A DNA stretch of 51,104 nt, taken from NCBI GenBank assembly GCA_015063525.1, contig SVTZ01000001.1:1-51104 (forward strand). The letters run 5' to 3'. The DNA comes from Oscillospiraceae bacterium (lineage in GTDB: Bacteria; Bacillota; Clostridia; Oscillospirales; CAG-272). The position numbers were made by a program, and so were the translations under genes. Below the pieces are notes generated by a model. That model saw only the letters and a list, made by a program, of their open reading frames with translations, was not told the DNA's origin and did no database searches. Of the stretch, positions 17,272-28,798 are shown piece after piece (position 1 is the first letter of the stretch; each line of letters starts with the position of its first letter).

Positions 17272-18672
17272 ATGAACGAGCTTTTAGAAATATCAGCGCA
17301 GATGAAGGAAGAGCTGAGAGCAAAAATAGGCTCACCTCAATCCTCGTTCGACCTCTGGTTCGGAGATTTCAACCTCACCTCTCTCAACGAGAATACGGCA
17401 GTATTCTCCACCCCAACCAAGTTGAGAAGGCAGATACTCTCCACCAGATACATATCGCTTATCAAGGAAACTCTTACCGAGGTCATCGGCTTTGAAGTAG
17501 AAATAGAAATATATTCGCTTGACGAAGATGCAGGATTTGCTGCTGAGGTCTCTCCATCAGAGGATATTGAAAAGCATTTTGAAAAGGAATCTCTCGAAAA
17601 GAGCGAGCGCAAGGAAAAGAAAATTGAGGAAATACTCGCATCCCCCGGAGATAAAAAATCTCTTCTTGACGAATACACCTTCGACAACTTTATCGAGGGT
17701 GAGTCAAACAAGTTTGCAAAGGCGGTCTGCTACGCTGTGGCAAACGATATTTCTTATTGTAATCCTCTCTTTATTTACGGTCACTCAGGACTTGGAAAGA
17801 CCCACCTTCTTTACGCAATAATGAATCATATGAAAAAGAAGGACCCTGAGATTAAGATCGTCTACAAAAAGAGCGAGACCTTTATCAATGAGCTTATCGA
17901 AGCTATCGCAAACCACTCCACTGCAGAGTTTAAGGAAAAATATCGTTCAGCCGACGTTCTTATGATCGACGATATTCAGTTTATCGCCGGCAAGGAATCA
18001 ACTCAGGAGGAGTTCTTCCATACCTTCTCGGCTCTTTACGAGTCCGAAAAGCTGATAATCCTAACCTCCGACCGTCCGCCCAAGGAGATCAATCCTCTGA
18101 TGGACAGACTCCGTACAAGATTTGAATGGGGACTTATTGCAGACATTCAGCCTCCATCCTTTGAGCTTCGCACCGCGATCATTAAGAAAAAGTCTGAAGA
18201 TATGGGACTTACCGTTCCCGCAGGACTTATTGATTATATCGCCGAGCGTCTTAACAACAATATAAGGCAGATTGAGGGAATTTTGAAGAAGCTCTACGCT
18301 ATCCATTCCTTCACCGGCTCGGAGATAACTAAGGAATCTATTGACAATATTATCTCCATCGTTGATCCGGGCAACATTCCCAATGACGCAATGGTGGAAA
18401 AGATACTTCTCCACGTCAGCAAAAAATACGGCGTATCAATAGAGGATATCAAGTCCAAGAAGAAGACCGACAGTATCGCCGGCGCGCGCCACGTTTCGGT
18501 ATATATTATAAGAAAGCTTACCGACCTATCGCTTAAGGAAATAGGAAAGGTATTCGGTAGAGATCACTCCACTGTTCTTTCCTCTATCAACAAAATCGAG
18601 CTTAATATCAGAACGGTCAAAAACTACGACAGCGAGATCAACCTTCTTATCAAGGAAATTAAGGGAGTTTAG
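17272..18672 (+). CDS. dnaA: Chromosomal replication initiator protein DnaA
   Basis: GHSGLGKTHLL Walker A, AAA+ domain III, and a C-terminal DnaA-box binding domain (..VFGRDHSTVL..). Confidence 0.97.
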   Translation: MNELLEISAQMKEELRAKIGSPQSSFDLWFGDFNLTSLNENTAVFSTPTKLRRQILSTRYISLIKETLTEVIGFEVEIEIYSLDEDAGFAAEVSPSEDIEKHFEKESLEKSERKEKKIEEILASPGDKKSLLDEYTFDNFIEGESNKFAKAVCYAVANDISYCNPLFIYGHSGLGKTHLLYAIMNHMKKKDPEIKIVYKKSETFINELIEAIANHSTAEFKEKYRSADVLMIDDIQFIAGKESTQEEFFHTFSALYESEKLIILTSDRPPKEINPLMDRLRTRFEWGLIADIQPPSFELRTAIIKKKSEDMGLTVPAGLIDYIAERLNNNIRQIEGILKKLYAIHSFTGSEITKESIDNIISIVDPGNIPNDAMVEKILLHVSKKYGVSIEDIKSKKKTDSIAGARHVSVYIIRKLTDLSLKEIGKVFGRDHSTVLSSINKIELNIRTVKNYDSEINLLIKEIKGV

Positions 18673-18838
18673 TTCTCAAAAAAATTGTTTGAATGTTGAA
18701 AATATCCCGTTGATAAGCTATTAAAATTCGGTTGATAAACGTGTATTTAAATACGCCTATTTTGCAACACTGCTTTTTCAACAAAAAATGTTGGCTCTTT
18801 ATCCATGTTTTTCTTAGTGAAATCAAGAGCTTTTTAAC

Positions 18839-18856
18839 TTTCCCACATTTTCCACA
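18839..18856 (+). promoter_or_regulatory. Two head-to-tail DnaA boxes
   Basis: TTTCCCACA followed by TTTTCCACA, against the TTATCCACA consensus (2 and 1 mismatches). Confidence 0.7.
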
Positions 18857-18860
18857 ATCC

Positions 18861-18881
18861 CTACTACTACCACACCTACCA
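18861..18881 (-). promoter_or_regulatory. DnaA-trio-like array
   Basis: The plus strand reads CTA CTA CTA CCA CAC CTA CCA, so the bottom strand reads TGG TAG GTG TGG TAG TAG TAG. It starts 4 nt (ATCC) after the last DnaA box and is followed by ATTAATAAAATAACATTCATTC. Confidence 0.55.
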
Positions 18882-18940
18882 TTAATAAAATAACATTCAT
18901 TCTATTCTTCGTCCGACAGGCGAATGAGAAAGGAAAATAT

Positions 18941-20098
18941 ATGAAATTCACGGTTTCAAAATCAACCTTTATAAATAAGCTGACTCCCGCTATGGGTACG
19001 GTATCCAACAAGGGAACAATAACAGCCATCGAAGGCGTTCTCATCGAAACGGTCGAGGACGGAAAAATAAGAATTTCTACATACGATATGACGAAGGGTG
19101 TAAGAAGCACCTTCGAAGCCATCTCGGTTGAGCGAGAGGGTAAATTTATAATCAACGCACAGCGTCTGTATCAGACAGTCCGTGTAATGCCCGAGGATGA
19201 GGTTACCATCGACGTAAACGATAAGCTCTCCTGTACCATATCCAGCGGAAAGGCTTCGTTTTCTATGTTCGCAATGAAGGGCGAGGACTTCCCTAACCTT
19301 CCCGAGCTGACAGGCGATCGCGGTTTTACAATCTCATCTGACAAAATCCGTCTTATGATAAGCAAGGTTGCTCACTCTATTGCAGAGGTTGACAACAGAC
19401 CTATGCTTTGCGGCGCATTTTTCAAGGTAACCAGAGGCAACCTCGAGGTAGTATCCTGCGACAGCTATACTCTTTCTCGTTGCTCGGTTAAGTGCGATAT
19501 TGCATCTCTCTTCGTGGCAAACGATATTGATTTTTCTTTCATTATTCCCGGACACGCTTTAAGCGAGATGTCCAAGAATCTTGCTGACGGCGAGGAGGAG
19601 AATGTAGAATTCTATATTGCAAGGAAGCATGCTATCGTAAAGAAGGGCGAGAGCATCTTCTTTACCAGAACTATAGATTCCGAGTACATTGATTACAACA
19701 GAATTATTCCTAAAGACAACGATATCATCATCACCGTAGACAGAGACAGATTCCTTGATGGTCTTGAGAGAGCGAATATCGTTGCTGATGAGAAAATCAA
19801 GGGAAGCACCAGAAGCTACGTAAAGCTTACCACAGACGATCAATTTATCTCAATCACCTCCGCTTCGGTAAACGGTAAGGTTTCCGACGAGATGGAGTGC
19901 GTTCACGATGGACGTGATATTGAGATTGGCTTCAACTGCCGTTATCTTATTAATTCGGTTAAGGTTGCTGAGGGTGAGAATATTAAAATCACCTTGAAGA
20001 GCCCCACTCAGGCTATTACTATTGAGCCTGCTGAGGAGGATGACGGCTTTAAGTACTTCTATATGATCCTTCCCGTAAGAATGAACGAGCAGAAATGA
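18941..20098 (+). CDS. dnaN: DNA polymerase III beta sliding clamp
   Basis: Immediately downstream of dnaA, 385 aa, with a typical MKF..S...L N-terminus and three-domain length. Confidence 0.95.
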   Translation: MKFTVSKSTFINKLTPAMGTVSNKGTITAIEGVLIETVEDGKIRISTYDMTKGVRSTFEAISVEREGKFIINAQRLYQTVRVMPEDEVTIDVNDKLSCTISSGKASFSMFAMKGEDFPNLPELTGDRGFTISSDKIRLMISKVAHSIAEVDNRPMLCGAFFKVTRGNLEVVSCDSYTLSRCSVKCDIASLFVANDIDFSFIIPGHALSEMSKNLADGEEENVEFYIARKHAIVKKGESIFFTRTIDSEYIDYNRIIPKDNDIIITVDRDRFLDGLERANIVADEKIKGSTRSYVKLTTDDQFISITSASVNGKVSDEMECVHDGRDIEIGFNCRYLINSVKVAEGENIKITLKSPTQAITIEPAEEDDGFKYFYMILPVRMNEQK

Positions 20099-21201
20099 TT
20101 ATAAAAAGGTTCAGGGCGGAAAATTTTCGCAATATAGAAAAATGCGATATTGAATTTTCTCCCGGAGTAAATCTTTTATACGGTAAAAACGCTCAAGGCA
20201 AGACCAACGTGGTCGAAGGAATATATTATTTCTCACGAGGACGCTCCTTCAGAGGACGTGAGGATAAGGAGCTTATCCGCTTCGGTGAGGAGGGCTTCAG
20301 AATTTCGCTGGACTTTGAGGACGAATGCGGTAGGGAGAGCCTCGAATATGCCGTGTTCGGCAAGGAAAGGCTGAGAAAAAAGAACGGCTATAAGATAAAT
20401 AAAGTAACCGAGATGATCGGCAGCTTTAAGGCCGTACTCTTTTACCCTGATAATTTAGGTCTCGTCAAGGACGGTCCTGAGGAGAGGCGAAGCTTTCTTA
20501 ATATTGCCGCCTCGTCATGTTACCCTCTTTATATCAAATACTATTCCGACTACAAAAAGGCCCTTGAAAACAGAAACTGTATTCTGAAAATGATGCAGAA
20601 AGGGCTTTATATCGACCGCACCGAGCTTGACTCATGGTCAGCGTCTATGGCCGAATACGCATCCTACATATACCTTATGCGCGAGGATTATGTAAAGAAG
20701 CTTACGGTATACGCCGCAGAGGTTATGAAGGAAATATCTGACGGCAGTGAGGAGCTTTCTATAATCTACGAGAGCAATATTGCCTCCGGTATTACCGACA
20801 GACAGAACGTAAAATCCGAATACGAGAGAATATTCTCCTCCTCGCTTGATCGTGAGATAGCGGCAGGAATAACTCTTTTCGGCCCTCACAGAGACGATCT
20901 TGATATTAGGATCAACGGTATCGGCGCCAGAGCCTTTGCCTCTCAGGGACAGCAGAGATCCATCGTGCTGGCCTTGAAGCTTGCCGAGGGCGAGGTTATA
21001 AAAGAAATATGCGGAGAATATCCGGTATTCCTTTTTGACGACGTTCTCTCTGAGCTTGATGACAGGCGCAGAAGATATGTTCTCGAGGGCAGAGGTGACA
21101 GGCAGATAATCATCACCGGCTGTAACAAGGCAGAATGTATCGGCTTTACAGATAAGGAAATAGAGGTTATCGGAGGAAAATATGTATCTTCACATAGGTA
21201 A
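20095..21201 (+). CDS. recF: DNA replication and repair protein RecF
   Basis: GKNAQGKTN Walker A and an SMC-like signature SQGQQR. It overlaps dnaN by 4 nt (ATGA). Confidence 0.95.
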   Translation: MIIKRFRAENFRNIEKCDIEFSPGVNLLYGKNAQGKTNVVEGIYYFSRGRSFRGREDKELIRFGEEGFRISLDFEDECGRESLEYAVFGKERLRKKNGYKINKVTEMIGSFKAVLFYPDNLGLVKDGPEERRSFLNIAASSCYPLYIKYYSDYKKALENRNCILKMMQKGLYIDRTELDSWSASMAEYASYIYLMREDYVKKLTVYAAEVMKEISDGSEELSIIYESNIASGITDRQNVKSEYERIFSSSLDREIAAGITLFGPHRDDLDIRINGIGARAFASQGQQRSIVLALKLAEGEVIKEICGEYPVFLFDDVLSELDDRRRRYVLEGRGDRQIIITGCNKAECIGFTDKEIEVIGGKYVSSHR

Positions 21202-21451
21202 CGGAAAAAGTGTAAAGAAAAAAGACGTGATCGGCATATTCGATTTGGATACGGCCACCGTCACCAAAACCGGCAAGGAATTTATCAACAGACTCGAGAA
21301 ATCGGGCGCGGTTGAATATGACGACGACGATCTTCCAAGATCATTCGTTCTGGTGGAGGAAAACAAAAGGATAAAGATAAAGCTTTCGAGAATTTCCTCA
21401 AAAGGACTGAAAGCAAGAGCGCTTTACGACTCATTCGACAGAGAAATATAA
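21182..21451 (+). CDS. DUF370-domain protein (YaaB/RemB-like)
   Basis: 89 aa; MYLHIGNG..V....VIGIFDLD is typical of DUF370. It holds the conserved position between recF and gyrB. Confidence 0.8.
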   Translation: MYLHIGNGKSVKKKDVIGIFDLDTATVTKTGKEFINRLEKSGAVEYDDDDLPRSFVLVEENKRIKIKLSRISSKGLKARALYDSFDREI

Positions 21452-21467
21452 GTAAATAATCCTTTGA

Positions 21468-23405
<1,938 letters not shown>

Positions 23406-23417
23406 GGAGGGGATAAA

Positions 23418-25970
23418 ATGGAACACAGCTATAAAAGTACAGATATAGAATTCCCTCAGCAGAGAATAGAAAACCGTGATATGGAAAAGGAGGTAAAGCA
23501 GTCCTTTATCGAATATTCCATGAGCGTTATTACTTCAAGAGCGCTTCCCGATGTCAGAGACGGTATGAAGCCCGGTCAGAGACGAATTCTTTACGCTATG
23601 TACGAGGATAATCTCACTCACGACCGCCCATTTAGAAAGTCGGCGACAACTGTCGGTAATGTGCTAGGTAGATACCATCCCCACGGTGACAGCGCAGTTT
23701 ATGGCACGATGGTTAGAATGGCGCAGGACTTCTCTCTCCGCTATCCTCTTATAGAGGGTCACGGTAACTTCGGTAACGTTGACGGTGACGGCGCGGCAGC
23801 ATATCGTTACACCGAGGCAAGAATGGCGAGAATTGCCGACTTTATGATGAGTGATATCGAGAAAAACGTCGTTCCTATGACGAGAAATTTCGATAACACC
23901 AGAGACGAGCCTACCGTTCTTCCCTCCCGCCTTCCTAACCTACTTATCAACGGATCTGTAGGTATTGCGGTTGGTATGGCTACCAACATTCCTCCTCATA
24001 ATCTTACCGAGGTTATAGACGGCATCGTTTACAGAATTGACAATCCCGAAAGCTCTGTCCTTGAGCTTATGCAGTTTATAAAGGGCCCCGACTTCCCTAC
24101 TGCGGCGGTTATTTACGGCTCTCGCGGTATAAGAGAGGCTTATGAGACCGGACGCGGAAAGATCTACATAAGAGCAAGAGCAAATATTGAGGACGAGAAC
24201 AGAAGAATTATCTTCACTGAAATTCCTTATATGGTAAACAAGTCTATGCTTATCGAAAGCATGGCTAACCTTGTTAAGGAAAAGAAGATTGAGGGAATTA
24301 CAGCACTTCGCGACGAGTCGGGCAGAGGCGGTATGAGAATAGTAGTTGAGTACCGCAGAGATGCAAATGCAGAGGTTATTCTTAATCAACTTTACAAGTA
24401 CACTCAGCTTCAAGATACCTGCTCGGTAAATATGCTCGTAATCGACGGCGGAGAGCCTAAAACGCTTAATTTGCCAACTATACTTGACAAATACATAGGT
24501 TTCCAAAAGGAAGTTATTGAAAGACGAACCAAATTTGATCTTGAAAAAGCACTTCGTGAGATACATATTCTCGAGGGTTACAGAATTGCAACAGAGAATA
24601 TCGACGAGGTAATTAAGATCATTAAAGGATCGGCTTCCATTCCCGATGCAAAGCTTCAGCTATGTGAAAGATTCGGTCTTACCGACGCTCAGGCACAGGC
24701 TATCGTAGAGATGACTCTCGGTAAGCTTTCCGGCCTTGAAAGACAGAAGGTTGAAGATAGAATCGCAAAGCTTGAGATACTTATCGCTGAGCTTCGCTCT
24801 ATTCTTGAAAGCGAAGAAAAGCTTGAAAGTATTCTTAAGAGCGAGCTTGAAGAGATTAAGAGAAAGTACGGAGATACAAGACGCTCTGAGCTGACCGAGG
24901 CTACAGAGGAAATAGACCTTGAAGACCTTATTGAGAGACATACCTGCGTTATTACCGTATCTCACACCGGATATATCAAGCGTCAGAGAGCCGACGTTTA
25001 TTCTGCACAGAACCGCGGCGGTAAGGGCATTATAGGTATGACTACCAAAGAGGATGACTTCGTTGAGGACGTTATCGTTGCAAATAGCCATTCCTATCTT
25101 ATGTTCTTCACTAACAAGGGCCGTGTTTACGCAAAGAAAGCATACAGAATTCCCGAGGCAGGCAGAACTGCTAAGGGTACGAACCTTGTCAACATCATTG
25201 AGCTTATGGACGGAGAGTTCGTTACCGCAATAATTCCCATCACCGAATTTATCGAGGGCGAATATTTGACAATGGTAACCAAGCTTGGTGTTATCAAGAG
25301 AACACTGCTCTCCGAGTTTGAGTATCAGAGAAAGAGTGGTAAGATCGCAATTAACCTCGATGAAGGTGACGAACTTATCTTTGTAAGACATACTAAGGGC
25401 GACGAGTCGCTTATTCTTGCTACCAAGGATGGCCTTGCGGTAAGATTTGATGAGAACAACGTACGTTCTATGGGACGAGGAGCAAGAGGTGTGCGCGGAA
25501 TTACCCTTCAAGGTGAGGACGTAGTTGTCGGCGTTTGTGTGGTTGACGAGGAAAGATCGCTGCTTACTGTTACCGAAAACGGTATGGGTAAGAGAACGCT
25601 CTTCTCTGACTTCCGTGAGATGAAGCATCGTGGCGGTAAGGGTGTTACCTGCCACCATATAAATGAAAAGACGGGCAAGCTTGCGGCAATACTTACGGTT
25701 TCCGAGGACGATGATATTATGCTTATAACCAATGAGGGTACTATAATACGTACCGGTTGCTCGGGTATCAATATATACTCCAGAATTGCAAGCGGAGTAA
25801 TTCTTATGAGGCTCGACGAAGGCTGCATCATTAATAACGTAGCGCGTCTTGAAAAGAGCGAGGACATAGAAAAGCAGAGCGAGGCAGTTGATAAAGAAAT
25901 TGAGTCTGAGCCTAAGGCTGAGCCTGCTAAAGAAAGAGAAATCCTTGATTCAGAAGAAAAATCCTTCTGA
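23418..25970 (+). CDS. gyrA: DNA gyrase subunit A
   Basis: [16 protein letters not shown] and [11 protein letters not shown] (active-site Tyr) motifs, plus C-terminal beta-pinwheel repeats. Confidence 0.97.
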   Translation: MEHSYKSTDIEFPQQRIENRDMEKEVKQSFIEYSMSVITSRALPDVRDGMKPGQRRILYAMYEDNLTHDRPFRKSATTVGNVLGRYHPHGDSAVYGTMVRMAQDFSLRYPLIEGHGNFGNVDGDGAAAYRYTEARMARIADFMMSDIEKNVVPMTRNFDNTRDEPTVLPSRLPNLLINGSVGIAVGMATNIPPHNLTEVIDGIVYRIDNPESSVLELMQFIKGPDFPTAAVIYGSRGIREAYETGRGKIYIRARANIEDENRRIIFTEIPYMVNKSMLIESMANLVKEKKIEGITALRDESGRGGMRIVVEYRRDANAEVILNQLYKYTQLQDTCSVNMLVIDGGEPKTLNLPTILDKYIGFQKEVIERRTKFDLEKALREIHILEGYRIATENIDEVIKIIKGSASIPDAKLQLCERFGLTDAQAQAIVEMTLGKLSGLERQKVEDRIAKLEILIAELRSILESEEKLESILKSELEEIKRKYGDTRRSELTEATEEIDLEDLIERHTCVITVSHTGYIKRQRADVYSAQNRGGKGIIGMTTKEDDFVEDVIVANSHSYLMFFTNKGRVYAKKAYRIPEAGRTAKGTNLVNIIELMDGEFVTAIIPITEFIEGEYLTMVTKLGVIKRTLLSEFEYQRKSGKIAINLDEGDELIFVRHTKGDESLILATKDGLAVRFDENNVRSMGRGARGVRGITLQGEDVVVGVCVVDEERSLLTVTENGMGKRTLFSDFREMKHRGGKGVTCHHINEKTGKLAAILTVSEDDDIMLITNEGTIIRTGCSGINIYSRIASGVILMRLDEGCIINNVARLEKSEDIEKQSEAVDKEIESEPKAEPAKEREILDSEEKSF

Positions 25971-26048
25971 TAATAGGAAGTAAATCAAAAAATAAAAAAT
26001 AAAATAAAGATATAAATCCGCAAAATCAAGCGGTAAGGAGGATTTACC

Positions 26049-26657
26049 ATGACATTCAAGGAAAAACTCGTTATTCTCAGAAAGTCCAAGGGTCTTACCC
26101 AGGATGAATTTGCAAGCGCGGTCGGTGTTTCCAGACAGGCGGTTTACAAGTGGGAAAGCGGACAGTCTTATCCTGAAGTACCTAAGCTTCTTGAGATGAA
26201 GATTCTTTTCACTATTTCAATTGACGAGCTACTCGATGACAACTATGACATTCCTCTTCCTGAAAAGAAGAAGAGAAAGAGATCCGTAAAGGAGGTTGCT
26301 CCCAAGGTTGAGAAGGAAGTTAGTGCAACACCTGCACCCAAGGCAGTTCCTGTATCAAAGCCTGCTCCTGAGGTTGAAACTAAGCCTGCAGTACAGCCTA
26401 CATCTGCACCCAAGGTAGCGCCCGTAGCACAGCCTGCTCCTGAGGTTGAAACTAAGCCTGCAGTACAGCCTACATCTGCTTCTAAGGTAGCGCCTGTAGC
26501 ACAGCCTGCTCCTGCAACTCCCTCCCAGTCTAAGATCGATACTGTTCCCGCAGCTGACGAGATTACCTCTATAAACCTCGATGATCTTTCCTCTGCAGAT
26601 AAGCAGGAGAGCGATAAGAAGGGTAGCTTCTTTGGCAGACTCTTCGGAAGAAGATAA
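26049..26657 (+). CDS. XRE-type HTH protein with Pro/Ala-rich repeat linker and C-terminal amphipathic tail
   Basis: N-terminal HTH (KGLTQDEFASAVGVSRQAVYKWESG), a 24-aa tandem repeat (PAPEVETKPAVQPTSA.KVAPVAQ) and the C-terminus KKGSFFGRLFGRR. Confidence 0.75.
   Translation: MTFKEKLVILRKSKGLTQDEFASAVGVSRQAVYKWESGQSYPEVPKLLEMKILFTISIDELLDDNYDIPLPEKKKRKRSVKEVAPKVEKEVSATPAPKAVPVSKPAPEVETKPAVQPTSAPKVAPVAQPAPEVETKPAVQPTSASKVAPVAQPAPATPSQSKIDTVPAADEITSINLDDLSSADKQESDKKGSFFGRLFGRR
26361..26514 (+). repeat. In-frame 72-bp tandem repeat (about 2.1 copies) inside the 26049 CDS
   Basis: The units at 26361..26432 and 26433..26504 differ at 4 positions. A third unit starts at 26505. Confidence 0.9.
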
Positions 26658-26775
26658 AAAAATAAATGATTACATATCCTCTATTTTAATACTTTAAAAT
26701 CAAAATTTAATATTTTTGATTATATTTTCCGTTAAATGGATAGAATTATAAAAAAGATAAAGGCGGAAAATTTAG

Positions 26776-27060
26776 GTGAGAGGATATCAGAAAAAGGTCA
26801 TTTTCTTAAAGGACACCGGCAGTCACCTATTTGATGAGGCTTATTTTGTAGTAAGCCGTAAGGGTGAGGAAGCCAAAATTGACCAAAGTGATATGGTTTT
26901 TGAGGCTAACAGAATCATTAAAGAAAGCCTCAAGGATAAGGAGCTGAGAATCAGAGGGGAACGAGGAAAAAAGAAAAAAAGCTTTCTCTTTCCCTTCCTT
27001 CTCGGCGCTTTTTCAATGCTGATTATAGCAGTTAGCGTCTATTTGATATTTTTATACTAA
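26776..27060 (+). CDS. Hypothetical small tail-anchored membrane protein
   Basis: 94-aa ORF with a GTG start, a basic KKKK stretch and then a C-terminal TM. No family recognised. Confidence 0.45.
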   Translation: MRGYQKKVIFLKDTGSHLFDEAYFVVSRKGEEAKIDQSDMVFEANRIIKESLKDKELRIRGERGKKKKSFLFPFLLGAFSMLIIAVSVYLIFLY

Positions 27061-27109
27061 TGTATTTTACGAAACTAAATTTGAAAATAACCATTAAAGC
27101 GGATACAAT

Positions 27110-28798
27110 ATGAAAAAAGAAAGAACAAAAGGAGCAAGCAGCGGAAAGCTCAGAGTAATATCTCTCGGCGGCCTTCAGGAGATCGGTAAGAATATGACTG
27201 TCTTTGAATACGGCGATGATATTGTAGTTATTGACGCGGGACTTGGTTTCCCTGACGACGAAATGCTCGGCGTGGATCTGGTTATTCCGGATATTTCATA
27301 TCTTGTGAAAAACGCTCACAAGATAAGAGGTATTCTCATAACCCACGGTCACGAGGATCACATCGGAGCAGTTCCCTATGTACTCCAGCAGATAGATGTT
27401 CCAATTTACGGAACACGCCTTTCCCTCGGTATTATTGAGGGAAAGCTTGATGAAAATCCACCTCCATTCGAGCCTGAACTTTACACCGTAGAAGCAGGCG
27501 ACGTTATTAATCTCGGTGTTTTTAAGGCCGAGTTTGTTCACGTTAACCACTCTATCGCAGACGCATGCGCAATTGCTTTAAAAACTCCTGTAGGTACAGT
27601 ATTCCACACGGGTGACTTTAAACTTGACGTCTCTCCAATAGACGGCAAAATGATGGATCTTACACGTATCGGTGAGATAGGTAAGTCGGGCGTAGAGCTT
27701 ATGCTTTGCGAATCAACCAACGCTGAGAGAGCAGGATTTACCGCCTCCGAGCGCACCGTAGGCTCGTCACTTGAACGTATTTTCGCTCAGTATGAGGATA
27801 AAAGGCTTATTATTACTACCTTCTCCTCAAACGTTCACCGCGTTCAGCAGATAATCAACGCAAGTCATAATCACGGCAGAAAGGTTGCTATTCTCGGACG
27901 CAGTATGATAAACGTCATCGGCGCGGCGGCAGAGCTTGGATATATAGATCTGCCTGACGGCGTACTTATTGATATCAGAGATATTAACAGATACCGTCCG
28001 GAGGATATTACTCTTATCACTACGGGAAGCCAAGGCGAGCCTATGTCTGCTCTTTATCGCATTGCTTTCAGCGAGCACGATAGAGTGAAGATCTCCTCAG
28101 GTGATGTGGTTGTCCTCTCATCCAGCGCAATTCCAGGTAATGAAAAGTTGGTAGGTAAAATTATCAATGCGCTCGTTAAAAATGGTGTTAAGGTGGTAAA
28201 CGACTCTACGGAGGACGTTCACGTTTCGGGCCACGCCTGCCGCGAAGAGATCAAGCTTATGATGGCGCTTCTTAAGCCAAAATATCTTATGCCTATTCAC
28301 GGCGAGTACAGGCATCTCTACGCTAATAAGGATATTGGCGAGTTTATGGGAATTCCATCGCAGAATATTTTTATTTCCGAGATTGGTAAGGTGCTTGAGA
28401 TCGACCGTAAGGGAGCGAGATTTAACGGTACCGAGACTGCAGGTAAGGTGCTTGTTGACGGATCGGGAGTCGGTGATATCGGAAGCGTCGTTCTTCGTGA
28501 CAGAAAGCATCTGTCGGAGGACGGACTTGTGGTAGTAGTTGCTACTGTAGATACGAAGGAAAGAATAGTGCTTTCCGGCCCCGATATCGTCTCACGCGGA
28601 TTCGTTTACGTTAAGGAGTCGGAAGAGCTTATGAACAGAGCGCGCAGTATTGCCGAAGCATCTCTTGAACGTGCTGTTTCAAAGGGACACGGCGATTGGA
28701 CACAGATAAAAGGAATGATCAAGGACGATCTTGCTAAGTTTATATACAAGGAAACTAAGCGCAAGCCTATGATCCTTCCGGTAATAATGGACGTATGA
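27110..28798 (+). CDS. rnj: Ribonuclease J
   Basis: Metallo-beta-lactamase HGHEDHIG, beta-CASP and a C-terminal domain, about 560 aa. Confidence 0.93.
   Translation: MKKERTKGASSGKLRVISLGGLQEIGKNMTVFEYGDDIVVIDAGLGFPDDEMLGVDLVIPDISYLVKNAHKIRGILITHGHEDHIGAVPYVLQQIDVPIYGTRLSLGIIEGKLDENPPPFEPELYTVEAGDVINLGVFKAEFVHVNHSIADACAIALKTPVGTVFHTGDFKLDVSPIDGKMMDLTRIGEIGKSGVELMLCESTNAERAGFTASERTVGSSLERIFAQYEDKRLIITTFSSNVHRVQQIINASHNHGRKVAILGRSMINVIGAAAELGYIDLPDGVLIDIRDINRYRPEDITLITTGSQGEPMSALYRIAFSEHDRVKISSGDVVVLSSSAIPGNEKLVGKIINALVKNGVKVVNDSTEDVHVSGHACREEIKLMMALLKPKYLMPIHGEYRHLYANKDIGEFMGIPSQNIFISEIGKVLEIDRKGARFNGTETAGKVLVDGSGVGDIGSVVLRDRKHLSEDGLVVVVATVDTKERIVLSGPDIVSRGFVYVKESEELMNRARSIAEASLERAVSKGHGDWTQIKGMIKDDLAKFIYKETKRKPMILPVIMDV

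Larger units (their letters stand above)
18673..18940. other. oriC core (dnaA-dnaN intergenic region)
   Basis: Degenerate DnaA boxes at 18708..18716, 18730..18738 and 18799..18807. A tandem pair at 18839..18856 is followed by a CTA/TAG trinucleotide array and an AT-rich tract. Confidence 0.75.

Noticed and set aside
24660-25658. 332-aa antisense ORF inside gyrA, with similar cases at 21699..22346 and 22388..22882 inside gyrB
   Set aside because: These are fully embedded antisense to strongly supported genes, with no RBS or start context and no recognisable domains.
26361-26514. 72-bp tandem repeat considered as a possible non-coding repeat or CRISPR-like array
   Set aside because: It has only about 2.1 contiguous copies with no spacers. 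It lies in frame inside a CDS and encodes a Pro/Ala-rich linker. It is a coding repeat, not an array.
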